Below, in pieces: positions 26,667-42,029 of a DNA stretch of 64,000 nucleotides. The position numbers were made by a program, and so were the translations under genes. Each line of letters opens with the position of its first letter. Positions within the stretch are counted from its first letter, which is position 1. The DNA is from the human T2T-CHM13v2.0 reference genome, Homo sapiens. A model generated the notes under the pieces. The model did no database searches and had not been told where the DNA came from. It was given only the letters and a program-made list of their open reading frames with translations. The DNA is taken from NCBI RefSeq assembly GCF_009914755.1, contig NC_060926.1. One strand, given 5' to 3'.

Positions 26667-27227
26667 TAACATCAAAAAAGGTATTTCCTGGATTTTCTTT
26701 TATGATTTTTATATTGTGAGATCTTAATGTCTTTAATCCATCTTGAGTCAACTTTTGTGTGTTGTGATTGGTAGGGGTCCAAACTCATTCTTCTGCATAT
26801 GGATAGCCAGTTATCCCAGTACCATATGTTGAATAAGGAATCTTCTCATTGCTTATTTTTCTTAGCTTTGTTGAAAATCAGATGATTGTAGGTGTGTGGC
26901 TTTATTTCTGGGTGTCTTTATTCTGTTCCGTTGGTGTATGTGTCTGTTTTTCTACCAGTAGCATGATATTTTGGTTATTGTAGCCTTGTAGCACAGTCCC
27001 AAGTTGGGGAATGTGATGCCTTTAGCTTTGTTTTTTTTGCTTAGGATTGTTCTGGCTATTCAGGCTCCTTTTCGATTCTGAGTGGGTTTCAGAATAGTGT
27101 TCTTTACTTCTTTGAAAAATGACATTTGTAGTTTGATAGGAGCAGTATTGAATATGTAAGTTGCTTGAGGCAGTGTGGCACGTGTACCCCCTGATTCTGA
27201 AATAAAATTTGAAAGAAGTTAAAAAAA
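26667..27227 (+). mobile_element. Old primate L1 (L1PA13-16/L1PB-like) with 5' inversion: inverted ORF2 segment plus terminal ~50 nt
   Basis: 26667-27180 is antisense ORF2 ('ggtaggggtcc...ctgcatatggatagccagttatcccag'); 27181-27227 is the sense 3' end 'gtgtaccccctgattctgaaataaaa' plus A-tail; 18-bp TSD with 3 mismatches. Confidence 0.8.
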
Positions 27228-27305
27228 TAAACCAAACTACATGGCCCTTAAATAGTCCTCCTAATAACAAGATATATTTACACTTCAACATAAATGGAAG
27301 AAACA

Positions 27306-28631
<1,326 letters not shown>

Positions 28632-28949
28632 AAATGGAAGGAACAGCAGTACAGTCTCTTCTGTGGAGTATGAGCCAATTGAATGTTTGGCCACAGCACA
28701 TGTCCTGCAAGCTGATGAAAGGACTGGGGGACCTATGTCCTCTCTTCATTATCTGTGGCCTGTAAATTCTTAAATAAAGACTACAAGTACCTTTGTTAAA
28801 CTATATCATTAACATTTTGGATTTTGCACCAAGTTATATGCCATTTGGTTGAATGCCTGTTTAAAGAAAGATATGAAAAATATTTTAAAAGCCTATAAGT
28901 CTTTACAAAGATTGATAATTTGTTATTTAAAAACAAAGATGTTCACTGC

Positions 28950-29285
28950 AACTTTACCAGCATTTGCTGTTTTTGTTTGTTTGTTTACTTTTTAATAATA
29001 CAATTCTGTCTTGTGTGAGATAGTATCTCAATGTGGTTTTGATTTGCGTTTCTCTAATGATAGTGATGTTGAGCTTTTTTTCTATCATTGTTGGCCACAT
29101 GTAGGTCTTCTTTGGAAAAGTGTCTGTTCATATCCTTTGCCCACTTTTAATGAGACTGTTTTCTTCTTCTAAATTTGTTTAAGTTCCTCATCGATGTTGG
29201 ATAATAGACCTTTGCCAGATGCAGAGCTGCAAAAATTTTCTCCCGTTATGTAAGTTGTGTGCTTACTCTGTTTATAGTTTCTTTC
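28950..29285 (-). mobile_element. L1PA/PB ORF2 fragment
   Basis: 'gtgtgagatagtatctcaatgtggttttgatttgc', 'aagtgtctgttcatatcctttgcccactt'. Confidence 0.85.
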
Positions 29286-30214
29286 AATGGTGAGGTAACA
29301 ATCTTCATGCTATATTAAATTGATAAAAATATAATTAAAATTTTAAAAACCAAAAACTAAAGATATTTTTATGCCAAGTTTTATGCTCCATACAAATAAA
29401 ATTCCTCTAATTCTAAATATGCTTGACCTTTTATTATTGTATAGAAGATAAAGTGCTTATCAGATTTTATTTGGTATAAAATTAATCTAACTATTAAAGA
29501 TAAAAAGTCATTTATCTTAATATACTTCAGTTATTTTTTCTTTTGTGACATTCTAATTTATATATTATAACCCCTTTTTGTTTTTCACATCATTTTTTAA
29601 ATAGTACTTTAGTGGTTTTTAGCTTTCCGTTTTTGCAGTAAAGTTTTGTTTTGAATAAAATCCTATACAAAATCAGAACATATAAGGCATAAACACAGTT
29701 TGAAATTTATTTTATAAAAATCGTTTCCAATTTAAGACCATACGTTTATCTTGATCTAAAATTTCTAACTAGACTTTCTGTAACATCTTTTGGAAATAAA
29801 TTATTAAATTTCTCTAAATAGAGGGAATCCTTATTTATTCATTTCAGGATCTAACACTTAAAGCCTTCTCGCTTATCAATTTTGGGGTCATTATGGCAGT
29901 GCCAGTATAAAAGGGAGTCAGCTTTAATGCCACATGTCCTGAGTTCATGTTCCAACTCATCTACATGCTCTCCCTCTGAATGGAGAGAGACATTTAGCTT
30001 CTGTGGAGTCTCTATTTTTTTAATCTGCAATAATCATAATAATATAGATTTTCCTTATTGGTTCTTACTTTACAGAAAAACATTGTTACCAAATTTCAAG
30101 TAAATTACCAATATTTTTGAATTGTGATAAACTTCTTTGGTGTTAACACTAACATCTAGCCTTGCTCATCAGTAAAATGTCTTCTGGGGCAAAGAGAGCC
30201 ATATAGTGTGGATT

Positions 30215-30448
30215 TGGTTGAGCGTAAAATCTCTTTAGCCAGACCACTGTGTTTAGATAATAGATAAAATACTGGTTATCATCTAGTCAAGATACTAAGT
30301 CAACTGTCTCTCAGTACCCTAACTGGTGGGATGGGAATAACTATTCTACTCACCTCACAGAGTTGTAAGTGTTAAGGATGCTACTTACACGACCACTAAG
30401 AAAGATGCTTGTGGCTCAATAAGTGTTCTTCAAGCATCACTATTATTA
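30215..30448 (+). mobile_element. MIR
   Basis: 'ctctcagt...gatgggaataac...acctcacagagttgt...ctattatta'. Confidence 0.6.
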
Positions 30449-31445
30449 GGTCAAGTATGCATTAGAATATCCAAATCACAAAACTTCTGAGATGAAAGCA
30501 TGCTCCCTTAATATATACAAACCAACACTTTCCCAAGAAAACTGGAAAATATGATCCACTTAGCTATTATAAATGAGCAGAGTCTACATTATTGTGTCTA
30601 AAGTGCCTCATAGAAATAAAATATTAACCAATCACAGAGCTATCAAGGAAAAAATGGTGAAACATATGAATTTGTGATAAATTTTGATAAAATTAGTCTT
30701 AGGGAAATCCTAAAATTAAAAGTAACATTAAGTAATTGAAAATGAAGGTCTGGCAGAGTTGAACATATTACAATGAAAAAAGGAAACCTACAAAGAGTCA
30801 GGAAATATACAAGGATGTATGCTTCAAAAAGAGTGGCTTTTGTCAAAATTGAAAGAAAGCCCTTAAATAATTGTTACAGAAATATTATTTCTGGTGATCA
30901 CACTCTGAGAATAAAATGAGAAGTGATGGATTTCATGTTTTATTGTCATATACTTCTCTCAAGAGTTATATCAAACATAACTCACTCTAAGAGTTAGCAT
31001 ATATTGATAACTAGAACCAACATTTTATTAAATGAATGAAAAAATAAAGTTATAAGTTTATTGCATTCATTTTTATTTTATAGCTGAATTCCCAATATAT
31101 TTTTAACATTAAATATGAAATGTTGATTTCAATTTTACATAATCTACTTTAATTTTTCATTTTCCAATACCAAATACCCTTGATATAGGACAACCTAGCC
31201 CTTCCTCAATAAGGTGACTATGAGGATTGAAAGGGGATCCACATCAGCAGCAGTCAGAAGGATGCTTTGTGCATGCTAAGAGCTTAATGTACTTTAAATT
31301 TCATTATTTACATTCACCCCTGTGCCAAATACTGAGATTACAAAACTAAATTAAATACAGATGATGCTGCCCTCTGAATGCTTACTCTGTCATTAGAGAT
31401 CCTGTTATTCTAAATACATGTTACAAACCAACTTAATACTATGAG

Positions 31446-32222
31446 TGACAGAGATTGGCCAAAAATTCTCATTAGGGATGTGGTTAGAGACAACTTGCAG
31501 AATGATTTCAAGCCATTTAAACCAATAAAGTGTAGTTACCAGAGAGTTGGTGAAAACTACAGAACTCCCAGCACTTAAGGACTCGATCCAAACCTGCACT
31601 GAGACCTGATCAAACTCTACTGTGGCTTTTAGTAGTTTAAGGAATCATCTCTAGGATCACCCTAGTCCCCGCTCTTAATATGCCCTACAGGAGAATTGAC
31701 TGTTCCAGCCCAAACCTAGTGATATGCAGATAGGCCCCTGGACCAGCTCTTAAAGCAGTTATTTTAGAAAACTTGGAATTGTGAACACTTTCTCTGCCTT
31801 TTGAGATGCAAATATACCACAAGGAAACTGTTTCCTCCAAGACTTGGAGGCTATCTCTTTGAAGTGTAAGTGTTCTGGAAGGTACCTCTCCCTCTTGTTT
31901 TCAGTACCTGTGGGAATATAAGGGCCTGAGTTCCATGGGCACCTTACTCTAACTCGTACCACTGCCTCCTGTCACAAAGATAGAAATTTGTTTCTCCTGC
32001 GATAACAACCAGTTAACAAGCTCAGATGGCCTAGTCACATGGACCAATTCCCCTTCACATAAGTTAGTGCTTTTCCCTTAAGACACCCCAGACTTTAAAA
32101 AGTCTCCAGCCTTTTGTTTCATGAAGGCAAATTTTGTTTGGACCGGGCCCTCTTCCCCACTGCAATAGTTGTTGAATAAAATCTATCCTATCGCTTTAAA
32201 TAGTGCCCAGCCTTATTTGACA
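31446..32222 (+). mobile_element. ERV1 LTR, MER67/MER89/MER90-like (5' boundary uncertain)
   Basis: 'ctaggatcaccctagtcccc', 'gataggcccctg', 'cagatggcctagtcacat', polyA signal 'tgaataaaatc' and terminal 'tttgaca'. Confidence 0.65.
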
Positions 32223-32714
32223 CTGAAGTGTTAAACAGAATTTAAGAATACTTCAGGCATATTCCCTAACTTTTTTGATTCAGCTTAAGAGAAAATAGCC
32301 TTCTCTTCTATTTATTAATCTTAAACAACAGAACAATCTCCTTATATAATTAGATCACGTGAGCTTTTGTATTTAAGACACTGTTTCTGCTGACTGTTGT
32401 GCTGACACTCATTATTTAGTGTGTGTGTATATATATATATATATTCCTTAGAAAAGGATTGTCACCAAAGTGGAAACAGCTGTACTTTTTGTCACTACAA
32501 ACTTGATGCTTTACAAAGGAATCAGCAGTATCAGAGGCATGTATGCAGAAGGAAAGTGTGGGTGAGCTGAAACCTTGTGCATGTCCTGGGTCTTCATGTC
32601 CGTAGATTCAGTCTTTTTCCTCCTTACTCTTCTCTGTATTTCAGGGTAGCTTCTCTCTCATTCAGATGCTCTAGTTACTTTCAACAAAGTCATTTGGTGC
32701 ATTAGAGAAGTAAT

Positions 32715-33023
32715 TTAGGAAAAAGCCAGGATTTTTCTCCTTGCTCCCCTCTGCTGTGATCTGGCTTCCTGAAGAGCCCTCCTGGTTGCATTTTCCCCAG
32801 AGGACTCAGGTGCTGGCCTCCAGGAGTACTGGGTCCCCCTTTGCTCTTCACTGTAGGGAGAGTGGGGGTTTTCTGTACTTGCTAATCTCAGTATGGTCAC
32901 ACCATGTCCAGCATGGCTTGTCAGCTTTTCCATGATCGGTGTAAGCAATTCTATGTCTTACAATTTATCCTTTATAAAAATGTAATGACGTATCTGTTTC
33001 CTGGTTAAACCCTAACGGATACA
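32715..33023 (+). mobile_element. ERVL LTR 3' part (LTR41/50/52-like)
   Basis: 'ttgctaatctc', 'gtaagcaattc' and terminal 'tctgtttcctggttaaaccctaacggataca'. Confidence 0.5.
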
Positions 33024-33757
33024 AACCCCCTGAAGGGAAAATGAAGTTAATGATGTGAGTAAGCAGTAGGAGATAGTCAGAAGTAACTTAAACTGTAAAA
33101 CAAGTCAATTCTTGTAAAATAGAGACTTGTGTCTTAGACTTTCCCTACAATGATGATAGGTTGCCCTTTATGTGTCATTTTAATAAAACAAGCACAGTTA
33201 ATTTTAGGAGAGAATAATATAGAGTGAGTCTATGTTTCTAGGATCACGGTTTAGCCTATCATAGATATTGTGTCATCTAAAATAGCCTATAATATGCTAA
33301 AAATTGCCATAACAATATGCAGTTTTTAGATCCGCATATGGGATTTTAGAAATTCAAAAACAGCAACAACAATGACAGCAATAAAGTTGTACGTAGCCTA
33401 AACTATCATTCTCCCACCTACATCAGTTTCTAATTCAGCTTCTAATTAGTTGAAACTAATTATTTTCAGTTTTCCCCTCAGTAAAAGCATATTTATATAA
33501 TCAGTATTCATTCATAAATATGTAATAGTGACCAAAAGCAGTGTAGAAGAGCTATTTATCACTAAAGAACACACACTACAATTATTTCAGCCTTATAAAT
33601 TATCAGACATAAATATTTTATTTTATAAGAAATTATTTTTATTTGTATTGTTTAATAATTACCCAGTCTTATACAATAGTTTCTTTAAAAAAATCAAAAT
33701 GATAATTTTAAAAAACTACATTTCTTCCCCAAATATCATTGCCTATAATATATAGAT

Positions 33758-33948
33758 TAGTATTTCTTGAAGTTTGGCCTGAGAATGACCATATAGAGAA
33801 CAATCACTTAAAGTGTCTGATAAAATTACAGTTTTCCAGTGCTGGTCTTATTACAAATATATCAAAGTATCTGAAAGTGGGCCTTAGAATGCATGTTTTT
33901 AGTTCAAGAGATTCTGCATTAATATACAATAAAATCTTAGAACCACTG
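33758..33948. mobile_element. MER5A-like hAT-Charlie MITE
   Basis: Degenerate TIRs (tagtatttcttgaa / ttagaaccactg); internal 'aatcactt', 'gtgggcc', 'gattctg'; 8-bp flanks atatagat/atttagaa. Confidence 0.65.
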
Positions 33949-36883
33949 ATTTAGAAAATTGAAGTCAATTTGTCCAGTTCAAGTTATATCTAATTTTATA
34001 AAATAAGCTATAAAATGTTCAGAAAATATCAACATGCTTATATCAATAGACATTTAATATTACAATAGTGAGTAGTAAAGAACTTGCAGATGTAACAGGC
34101 ACTTTGCACTGAAATGTAAAAACCCATCAAAGTACTATCTGCAGCTAAAATTCAGATGAGACGTATAAAAGATAAAAAACAAGTAGAAATGCAGGATACA
34201 AGACTGGCACAGAAACATCTATCTTCAGAATGAAACACAGTATATCAATGTACACTTAGTAAGCTAAAATGGGCAATAATCAGAGAGAAGATTCTAACCT
34301 AAGTGATTACATTAGCAGCGGCAGTTGGAAAATTTAGTGCTGGTTTTATTTAGTACTACATAAGGACTCTACAAAATTAGTTTCAACAAAAATAGCTTTA
34401 TGTCAGCTTTCAGATTTAGACTATTTCTGGTAAGTTGACCCACCCAACTGGTGGTGAAAGTTTAGTTTGACCATTTGGATCAATATGAGGTAAAGCAAAA
34501 TTGTAAATAAATCGTAAATTAGGCACACTACAGTTGGCAACTCAAACTAAGATTCACCCTATTTGCCGATGGTTTTAAAAGTGAAGATTACCATTACAAC
34601 ACTCTCATGCACGCTTTGTCTTTGTCTGTCACACCCACCCTTCTATTGCCATACTAAACTCCAGTAACAAGTATCCAATTGCAATTCCTGAAATGAAGAC
34701 TACCCTTTGAAGTGTCCGTTCATATCCAGTGGCATTGTTTTTTGATAGTGAAATTATTTTCTTCCCGCTACCTGGAGTCCTCAAAAATGCTACCTCCTCC
34801 AAGATGGATATACTAAGACACAGACCACAAGTAACGTTATTGTATTTTATCATTTTTCTTGGGGTACTCAGAATATCTTTTGATAAAAAGAATATTTAAA
34901 ATGCGATTTAGCCCACTATAATGTGCATTTTATTTACTCCATTTGTTAAAAGGTAAGTCTATTTTCTCTTCTGTTTCATGGCGCTCACTAGATCTTGAAA
35001 TCTGAAGATGTCTCATATTAAAAAAAGTATAGTGAAGGAGAATTCCAATTTGATCATGTTGCCCAAAGTAATATTTCATGGTACACAAAGATATCCTCTA
35101 TACTGTAATAAGTAAATAATTTGGTTTCTTATTTAAAATTTAATGAAGAATAGGATACATCCATTTGATTAAATGACGAATAAAAAGGATATCATAGAAT
35201 TTGCATATCATGGCAAGTCTTATTGTTTTTTGTAAGATTTCCTGGTAAAAGATAAAATAAAAGATAAATTAAAATAGTGTTTAATGTATGTTGATGAAAT
35301 AAATTTGTTAAACATAACAGAGACTAATAGTTATATATCAGTTTGAGAGATATATTTAATATGTGACCTAAGTTGACTTGGTTAAACCCATATAGATAAT
35401 AAAGCTAATTTTATTATGAAAGCACAGAAAAAGGCATAATGCTGTTGACTTTTTGAAAGAGAGACAAATAAATTGGGTGTCAATATTTTAAAATATACAA
35501 GAAATGATAATCTGATTGAATTGAATTTGCTGATGAAGCACCCTTGTTTTTTGTTGTTCTAGAGCACGGTCCCAGTGTAACAAGTATGTGAAACTAGATA
35601 GAGAATTTTAGCATTTAGGTAAATAATTTAACAATCCATGAGACTTTGTAGCATATTAACTTTATTTAGAATTTTTTGGTCCACTTCCAGTCATAAAAAT
35701 TTATCTATATAATTAATTTTACTCTTAATGCTCTCAAGCACTATTTAGCTACAATATTTAAATAAACCAATTTTTAAAAGCAAAATATACCATTAAGTAT
35801 AATGTGCAAATTTGTAAGAAAAAGATTTTGCCAATATTTACATTTAATAAGATATATAATTATATACACACACTATATATCTCCATGCCATTAATATTTT
35901 TAAAATAATAATGTATACATAGGTTATGATCATTGACTTCCCAAAACATCTACCATGTATCAATGAACCATACTTCACTGATTTTAACTACACCAGTCAA
36001 ATGTTCTCTTATAATAGATACTTTTGTTTGCAAGAACAGGACATTCTTAGAGGGTAAATGATTTTTCAACCCATTTGTACTGATTCCTAAGTTTTTAATG
36101 TCACTCAGAAATAGTGAGCTAAACTGAAGAATGTCAAAACATGTTGAGATCATATGAACAGTTCTCTCCGAGTAGTATTTTAAATCACTTACTTTTTCTT
36201 ATTCTTGTAGAGAACCTGTCAAATATATATTCTATGAGAAATTAAGAAACTTAATATTAAAAGGTATCAAATTCAGGTTTTATCAATGTGACTTTTAATG
36301 CTTATACTGTCCTTCAGTGAGTATGAAGTGAAGCAGTTTTATATTGTTACATATTTTATAATGCTATTTTCTATAACTTTCCTTCTAAAAGTCAAGGACT
36401 TTTAATTTTTTAGTTTATTCAAGCAATTTTATTAAAAAGTGAATAGGAAACCTTATATCTTTAAAAATAGTGGACAAAAATCCCTAAATTCTTACTCAAA
36501 CCCAGTAAAACTGGTGTTAGTTGTTACATGTTACACTTAGATGAAAAATTTTATTTTGTTGCTTTTCTTTTGTATGTTGAACTTAATATTTCCATATTTC
36601 TACACTGTCTAAACTATTTTAGCTAATGCATAATGTGATGTTTACAGAGTTAATGATTTTTTTGTTTCATTCTGTATTTTAAGCTTGCAGATCTCCATAG
36701 ATAAATGTAAAAGGACATTATCAGAGAATGTACATAAAATATAACTTTTATGTTTATTTAATGGGCTGTACTTGATGGATAACAACCAGTGAATGATTAT
36801 AATTTTTATTAATAGTGTGACTTTTTCCTTTTTGTCACATTTTCCTACCGTGAGTGTGGTAAACATTTGAAACATAACCCATA

Positions 36884-37179
36884 GGCCGGGCGCGGTGGCT
36901 CATGCCTGTAATCCCAGCACTTTGGGAGGCCAAGGCGGGCGGATCATGAGGTCAGGAGATCAAGACCATCCTGGCTAACACAGTGAAACCCTGTCGCTAC
37001 CAAAAATGCAAAAACAAAATTAGCTGGGCGTGGTGGCGGGCACCTGTAGTCCCAGCTACTCTTGGAGGCTGAGGCCGGAGAGTGGCGTGAACCCCGGAGG
37101 CGGAGCTTCCAGTGAGCCGAGATTACGCCACTGCAGTCCAACCTGGGAGACACAGGAGACTCCGTCTCAAAAGAAGAAA
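36884..37179 (+). mobile_element. AluY
   Basis: Diagnostics 'gagatcaagaccatcctggctaacac', 'tggcgtgaaccc', 'gcggagctt'; exact 15-bp TSD gaaacataacccata (36869-36883 / 37180-37194). Confidence 0.95.
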
Positions 37180-38387
37180 GAAACATAACCCATAAAGTTT
37201 TTAAACATCTTAGGTATGAATAGTCACATTTTAATCACTGAAACCGAAATTGAAGCTCTAAATTTAAAATATTAATGTGTAATTTGTTTCAGTGACTTCG
37301 CCACCACCACCAGTAGTTTAAAGCCCCCTGAAGAATTAGGAAGACAAGCAGAGGTATAGAGAATTGAGGCCTGTTTTTTTCATTTCCATTGCTCCAATGT
37401 CCTCTCTTATGTACTATGAGCTCCAGTGTTCCTTCATCCTATTCTTACCATCTCCTCCCTTACTCAAATTGGATGGAAGGAAATGTCCTAAGGCCCTTTT
37501 TCTTATCTTATGTTATTTAGTGTTTCATATTAGCTTTTGAGTGCCTGTTCTCATCTGATAAGTTATTCTTGTGCATTCTTTAGTGGACTTCTCTAGGCAT
37601 CTTAAATAATTTCCTGTGATTCTGTTTCAAGGAGCCTTATATGGAAGAAAACAGTTATGCTTGCATAAATTTAAATGTTACCCTCATTATTAAACAAATT
37701 ACCATTAGCGACTCTATGATTGTTAGTGTACCACTGGGGATAGAGAATTTTACCTCTCTTATATGACATTACGCAGATTAATATTCTGACTGAAAGCACT
37801 GACTTTCTTCTGTATCTTAGATAAGTAAAGATTGATTTATCCAAACTGTGTATATAGTTTGCCTTTCAGTCAGTTTTTAACTACTGCTAACATTTTTTCA
37901 CACAGAGGATATACTCATTTATTACAGAGATGGAATTGAGAAAAATAACCTGTTCCCTTTATGGCTAAACCTTTCTAGCAAAGTGCAGAAGACATATGTT
38001 ATGATGACTCATTGGTCTTCTAAGCATCTATAATTTGAAAGGGCTAAATCTAGACATGTGATTGGACTAAAACTTAGATATTAAAATGCTGCCAAAAATA
38101 TAGACGAATATATCAAACTTGTAGATTGTCGGTAACGCTGGATCTATTTAGAAAGGACTGTGTCCACTTGACACTCTTACAAAAGAAGTGAGAGATTAGT
38201 CTTTTCGATGGGGTCAGTTATTCACACAGTATTTGACTTATGTGGCCTTACATTCTGAATTTATTTATCATGCATCCTCAAAATCCAATCCTAATTATAA
38301 TATGCATTTTCATGGACACTTTAACCAATAAAAATCCAATGATAAGAGACAAGGGGTATTACATAATTCCAATTAAGAGTTTCCATT

Positions 38388-38872
38388 TGTACTATAGCCA
38401 GTAATGCTAACTGCAGTAGTAGATAATCTAGCAAATCTCATAGGCTTATTACAATAAGAATAAATATAACACCATGGAATAACAAAATAGGAAATAGAAA
38501 AAATTTATTTCTTAAAAGATGTGATGGTTCAATCCAAGGGTTTGGTGGGTAGCATTTCATGCTGTGATTTAGGTTTCCTTGTTTCTCCCATTTTTCATCT
38601 CTATGATGTGAGAGGGCCTTGGAGTTCTCTGCTTCTATTTAGGTCATAGTAAAAGATGAGTTGGAAAAGGCATATCTTACTACTATGGCCCTGAAGGAAC
38701 ATTAGTAATAAGGAATTTTTTATTCCATTGATATTAACTAATCATATGTCTCCTCCTAAATGCTAAATGTTCTGGAATATATAGTCCTTGGATGGACATC
38801 TGCTTCCTAGCACCAAATCTGCACTACAGAAGGAAGCATCACTCCTTGCATATTTTTAACTCTCTGTCCACA
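38388..38872 (-). mobile_element. MaLR LTR (MLT1K-like)
   Basis: 'taatgctaactgc...aaatctca', 'ttccattgatattaactaatcatatg', 'tagtccttggatggacatctgcttcctag', terminal 'ctctgtccaca'. Confidence 0.6.
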
Positions 38873-39592
38873 ATCCCTAATAAATGTGTGCTTAGCATTA
38901 CATAAAACGTACAAATAAAAATGTGCATATAAAGAAAAAACAAATTCAAATATATTTTAGTTCTCCAGTATATGACATAAAAAACTGATGAGAAATTAGT
39001 ATTTTCATGAAGGATTTGAATAATATCTTACATATGAATAAATATATAGAACTATGTTTTGTCCAAAAGATTTTCTTGTCAGATGTTTATAAAATATGCC
39101 TTTTAATATATTTCTAAAGCAAGATTTTCAGGTTATGTTTTTAGATGGAAATTAAATTAAAAGAGTAATATCTGACATTAATAATATTATTTTATGTACT
39201 TTGTATATATATTACAAATCTCTAAACAAATATATGAGGTTCTAGTGATACATTCATTTCTCAAAAATGAAAGCTAAAGCAAAAACAAATGAGTTTCCTT
39301 TATGTGATAAATCCAGATTGGAACTCAACCTGTCTTTACTATGGATCTCTAGAATTCTTTTCTTCCTTCCTAGGATAACTATTTCTGCTCCTCCAGGTAA
39401 AGGATGTAAGTGAATTGTAACTGCAGCTTTAACCATTCACGTACCACAAATTATACTGCTTATGCACTCACATTTCAGTTCAGACTACACAGTATTTAAT
39501 AAATATGCATGGCTTATCCTTAAGCTTAAATCATGTTGAGAGTATATGAACATCATTCTAACATCATTTGTTAATATGAAAATTCATATTTA

Positions 39593-42029
39593 TTTGTTTT
39601 TAGCTTTTAATTTCAGGGGTACATGTGCAAAATGTGCAGGTTTGTTACATAGGTAAATGTGTGCCATAGGGGTTTGTCATACAGATTATTTTGTCACCCA
39701 GGTATTAAGCCTAGTATCCATTAGTTATTTTTTTCTGACTTTCTCCCTCTCACCCTCCACCCTCTGGTAGGCCCCAGTGTGTGTTGTTTCCCTCTATGTG
39801 TCCATGTGTTCTCATCATTTAACTCCCACTTATAAGTGAGAACATGCTGTATTTGGCTTTCTGTTTCTGCATTAGTTTGCTGAGAATAATGGCCTCTAGC
39901 TTCACGTACGTCCCTGCAAAGGACGTGATCTCATCATTTTTTATGGCTGTACAGTATTCCATGGTGTATATGTACACATTTTCTTTATCCAGTCTATCAT
40001 TGATGGACATTTAGGTTGATTCCATATCTTTGTAATTGTGAATAGTGCTGCAATGAACATGTGCATGCATGTGTCTTCATAATAGAATTATTTATATTCC
40101 TTTGGGTATATACCTGATAATGAGATTGCTGGGTTAAATGGTATTTCTGCCTCTAGGTCTTTAAGGAATTACCACACTGTCTCCCACAATAGTTGAACTA
40201 ATTTACACTGTCATCAATAGTGTAAAGACATTTTCTTTTCTCCACACCCTCACCAACATCTGTTATTTTTTGACTTTTTAATAATTGCCATTCTGACTGG
40301 TGTGAGATCATATCTCATTGTGGTTTTGGTTTGCATTTCTCTAATGATCAGTATGGTGTTCATCATTTTTTCATATGATTATTGGCCACATATGTGTCTT
40401 CTTTTAAGTGTTTGTTCATGTCTTTTGCCCACTTTTTAATTGGGTTGTTTTTTTTTCTTGTAAATTTGTTTAAGTTCCTTATAGATGCCATATATTAGAC
40501 CTTTGTCAGATGCATAGTTTGCAAAAATTTTCTGCTATTCTGTAGGTTGTCTGTTTACTCTGTTGATAGTTTCTTTTGCTGTGCAAAGGCTCCTTAGTTT
40601 AATTCATTGTCCATTTTTTCTTTGGTTGCAATTGCTTTTGTCATCTTCACCATGAAATCTTTGCCCATTCCTATGTCCTGAATTGTATTGCCTAGGTTTT
40701 CTTCTAGGATCTGTATAGTTGGGGGTTTTTAACTTAAATCTTTAATCCATCTTGAGTTTATTTTGGGGGACGGTGTAAGGAAGGGGTCCAGTTTCAGTCT
40801 TCCGCATATGACTAGCTAGTTGTACCAGAACCATTTATTTAATAGGACATCCTTTCCCCATTGCTTGTTTTTGTCAGGTTTGTCAAAGATCAGATAGTTG
40901 TAGGTGTGTAGTCTTATTTCTGGCTTCTCTATTCTGTTCCATTGATCTATGTGTCTGTTCTTTTACCAGTAGCATGCTGTTTTGGTTACTGTAGCCCTGT
41001 AGGATAGTTTGAAGTCAGGTAGCATGATGCCTCCAGCTTTGTTCTTTCTTCGTTGGATTCCCTTGGCTATTCAGGCTCTTTTTTGGCTCCATATGAATTT
41101 CAAAATAGTTTTTCTAGTTCTGCGAAGAATGCCAGTGGCAGTTTAATGGTAATACCATTGAATCTATAAACTGCTTTGGGCAATATGGCCATTTTCACGA
41201 TATTCCTTCTGCCTATCCATGAGCATATAATATTTTTCCATTTGTTTTTGTCATCTCTAATTTTCTTTGAGCAATAGTTTGTACTTATCTTTGTATAGAG
41301 CCTTCATATTCCTTATGAATAAAATACGAATATTCCATACGAATAAAATATCTGTATTCGTAGGTATTTTATTCTTTTTGTAGCAATTGTGAATGGGAAT
41401 TCATTAGTGATCTGGATCTTGCCTTGACTGTTGTTGGTGTATAGGAATGCTAGCAATTTTTGCGCATTAATTTTGTATCCTGAGACTTTGCTGAAGTTGC
41501 TTCCCGCATAAGAGGCTTTTGGGCTGAGAAAATGGAGTTTTCTAGATATGGGATCATGTAATCTGCAAACAGTAGTTTAACTTTCTCTCTTCCTATTTCA
41601 ATGCACTTTATTTCTTTTCCTTGCCTGATTGTCCTGGACAGAACTTCCAAAACTGTTTAATAGGAATGGCAGGAAAGGACATTCTTATCTTGTGCCAATT
41701 TTCATGGAAGTGCTTCCAGCTTTTGGCCATCCAGTATTATATTGGCTGTGTGTTTGTCATATATGGCTCTTATTATTTTGATGTATGTTCCTTCTATACC
41801 TGGTTTATTTACATTTACATTTTTAACATGAAGGGATGTTGAATTTTATCAAAAGCCTTTTCTGCATCTATTGAGATAATCATGTGGTTTTTGTCTTTAG
41901 TTCTGTTTATGTGATGAATCATATTTATTGGTTTGTGTATGTTGAGCCAACCTTACATCCCTGGGATGAAACCTGCTTGATCATGGTGGATAAGCTTTTG
42001 GATGCGCTGTTTGATTCAGTGTGACAGTA
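39593..42029 (-). mobile_element. 5'-truncated L1PA (about PA10-PA13), 3' 2.4 kb of ORF2 plus 3'UTR
   Basis: 3'UTR 'ggtttgttacataggtaaatgtgtgccat...acagattattttgtcacccaggtattaagcctagt'; ORF2 peptides (…[14 protein letters not shown]…LLFADYMI…); exact 15-bp TSD gaaaattcatattta (39578-39592 / 42030-42044). Confidence 0.95.
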
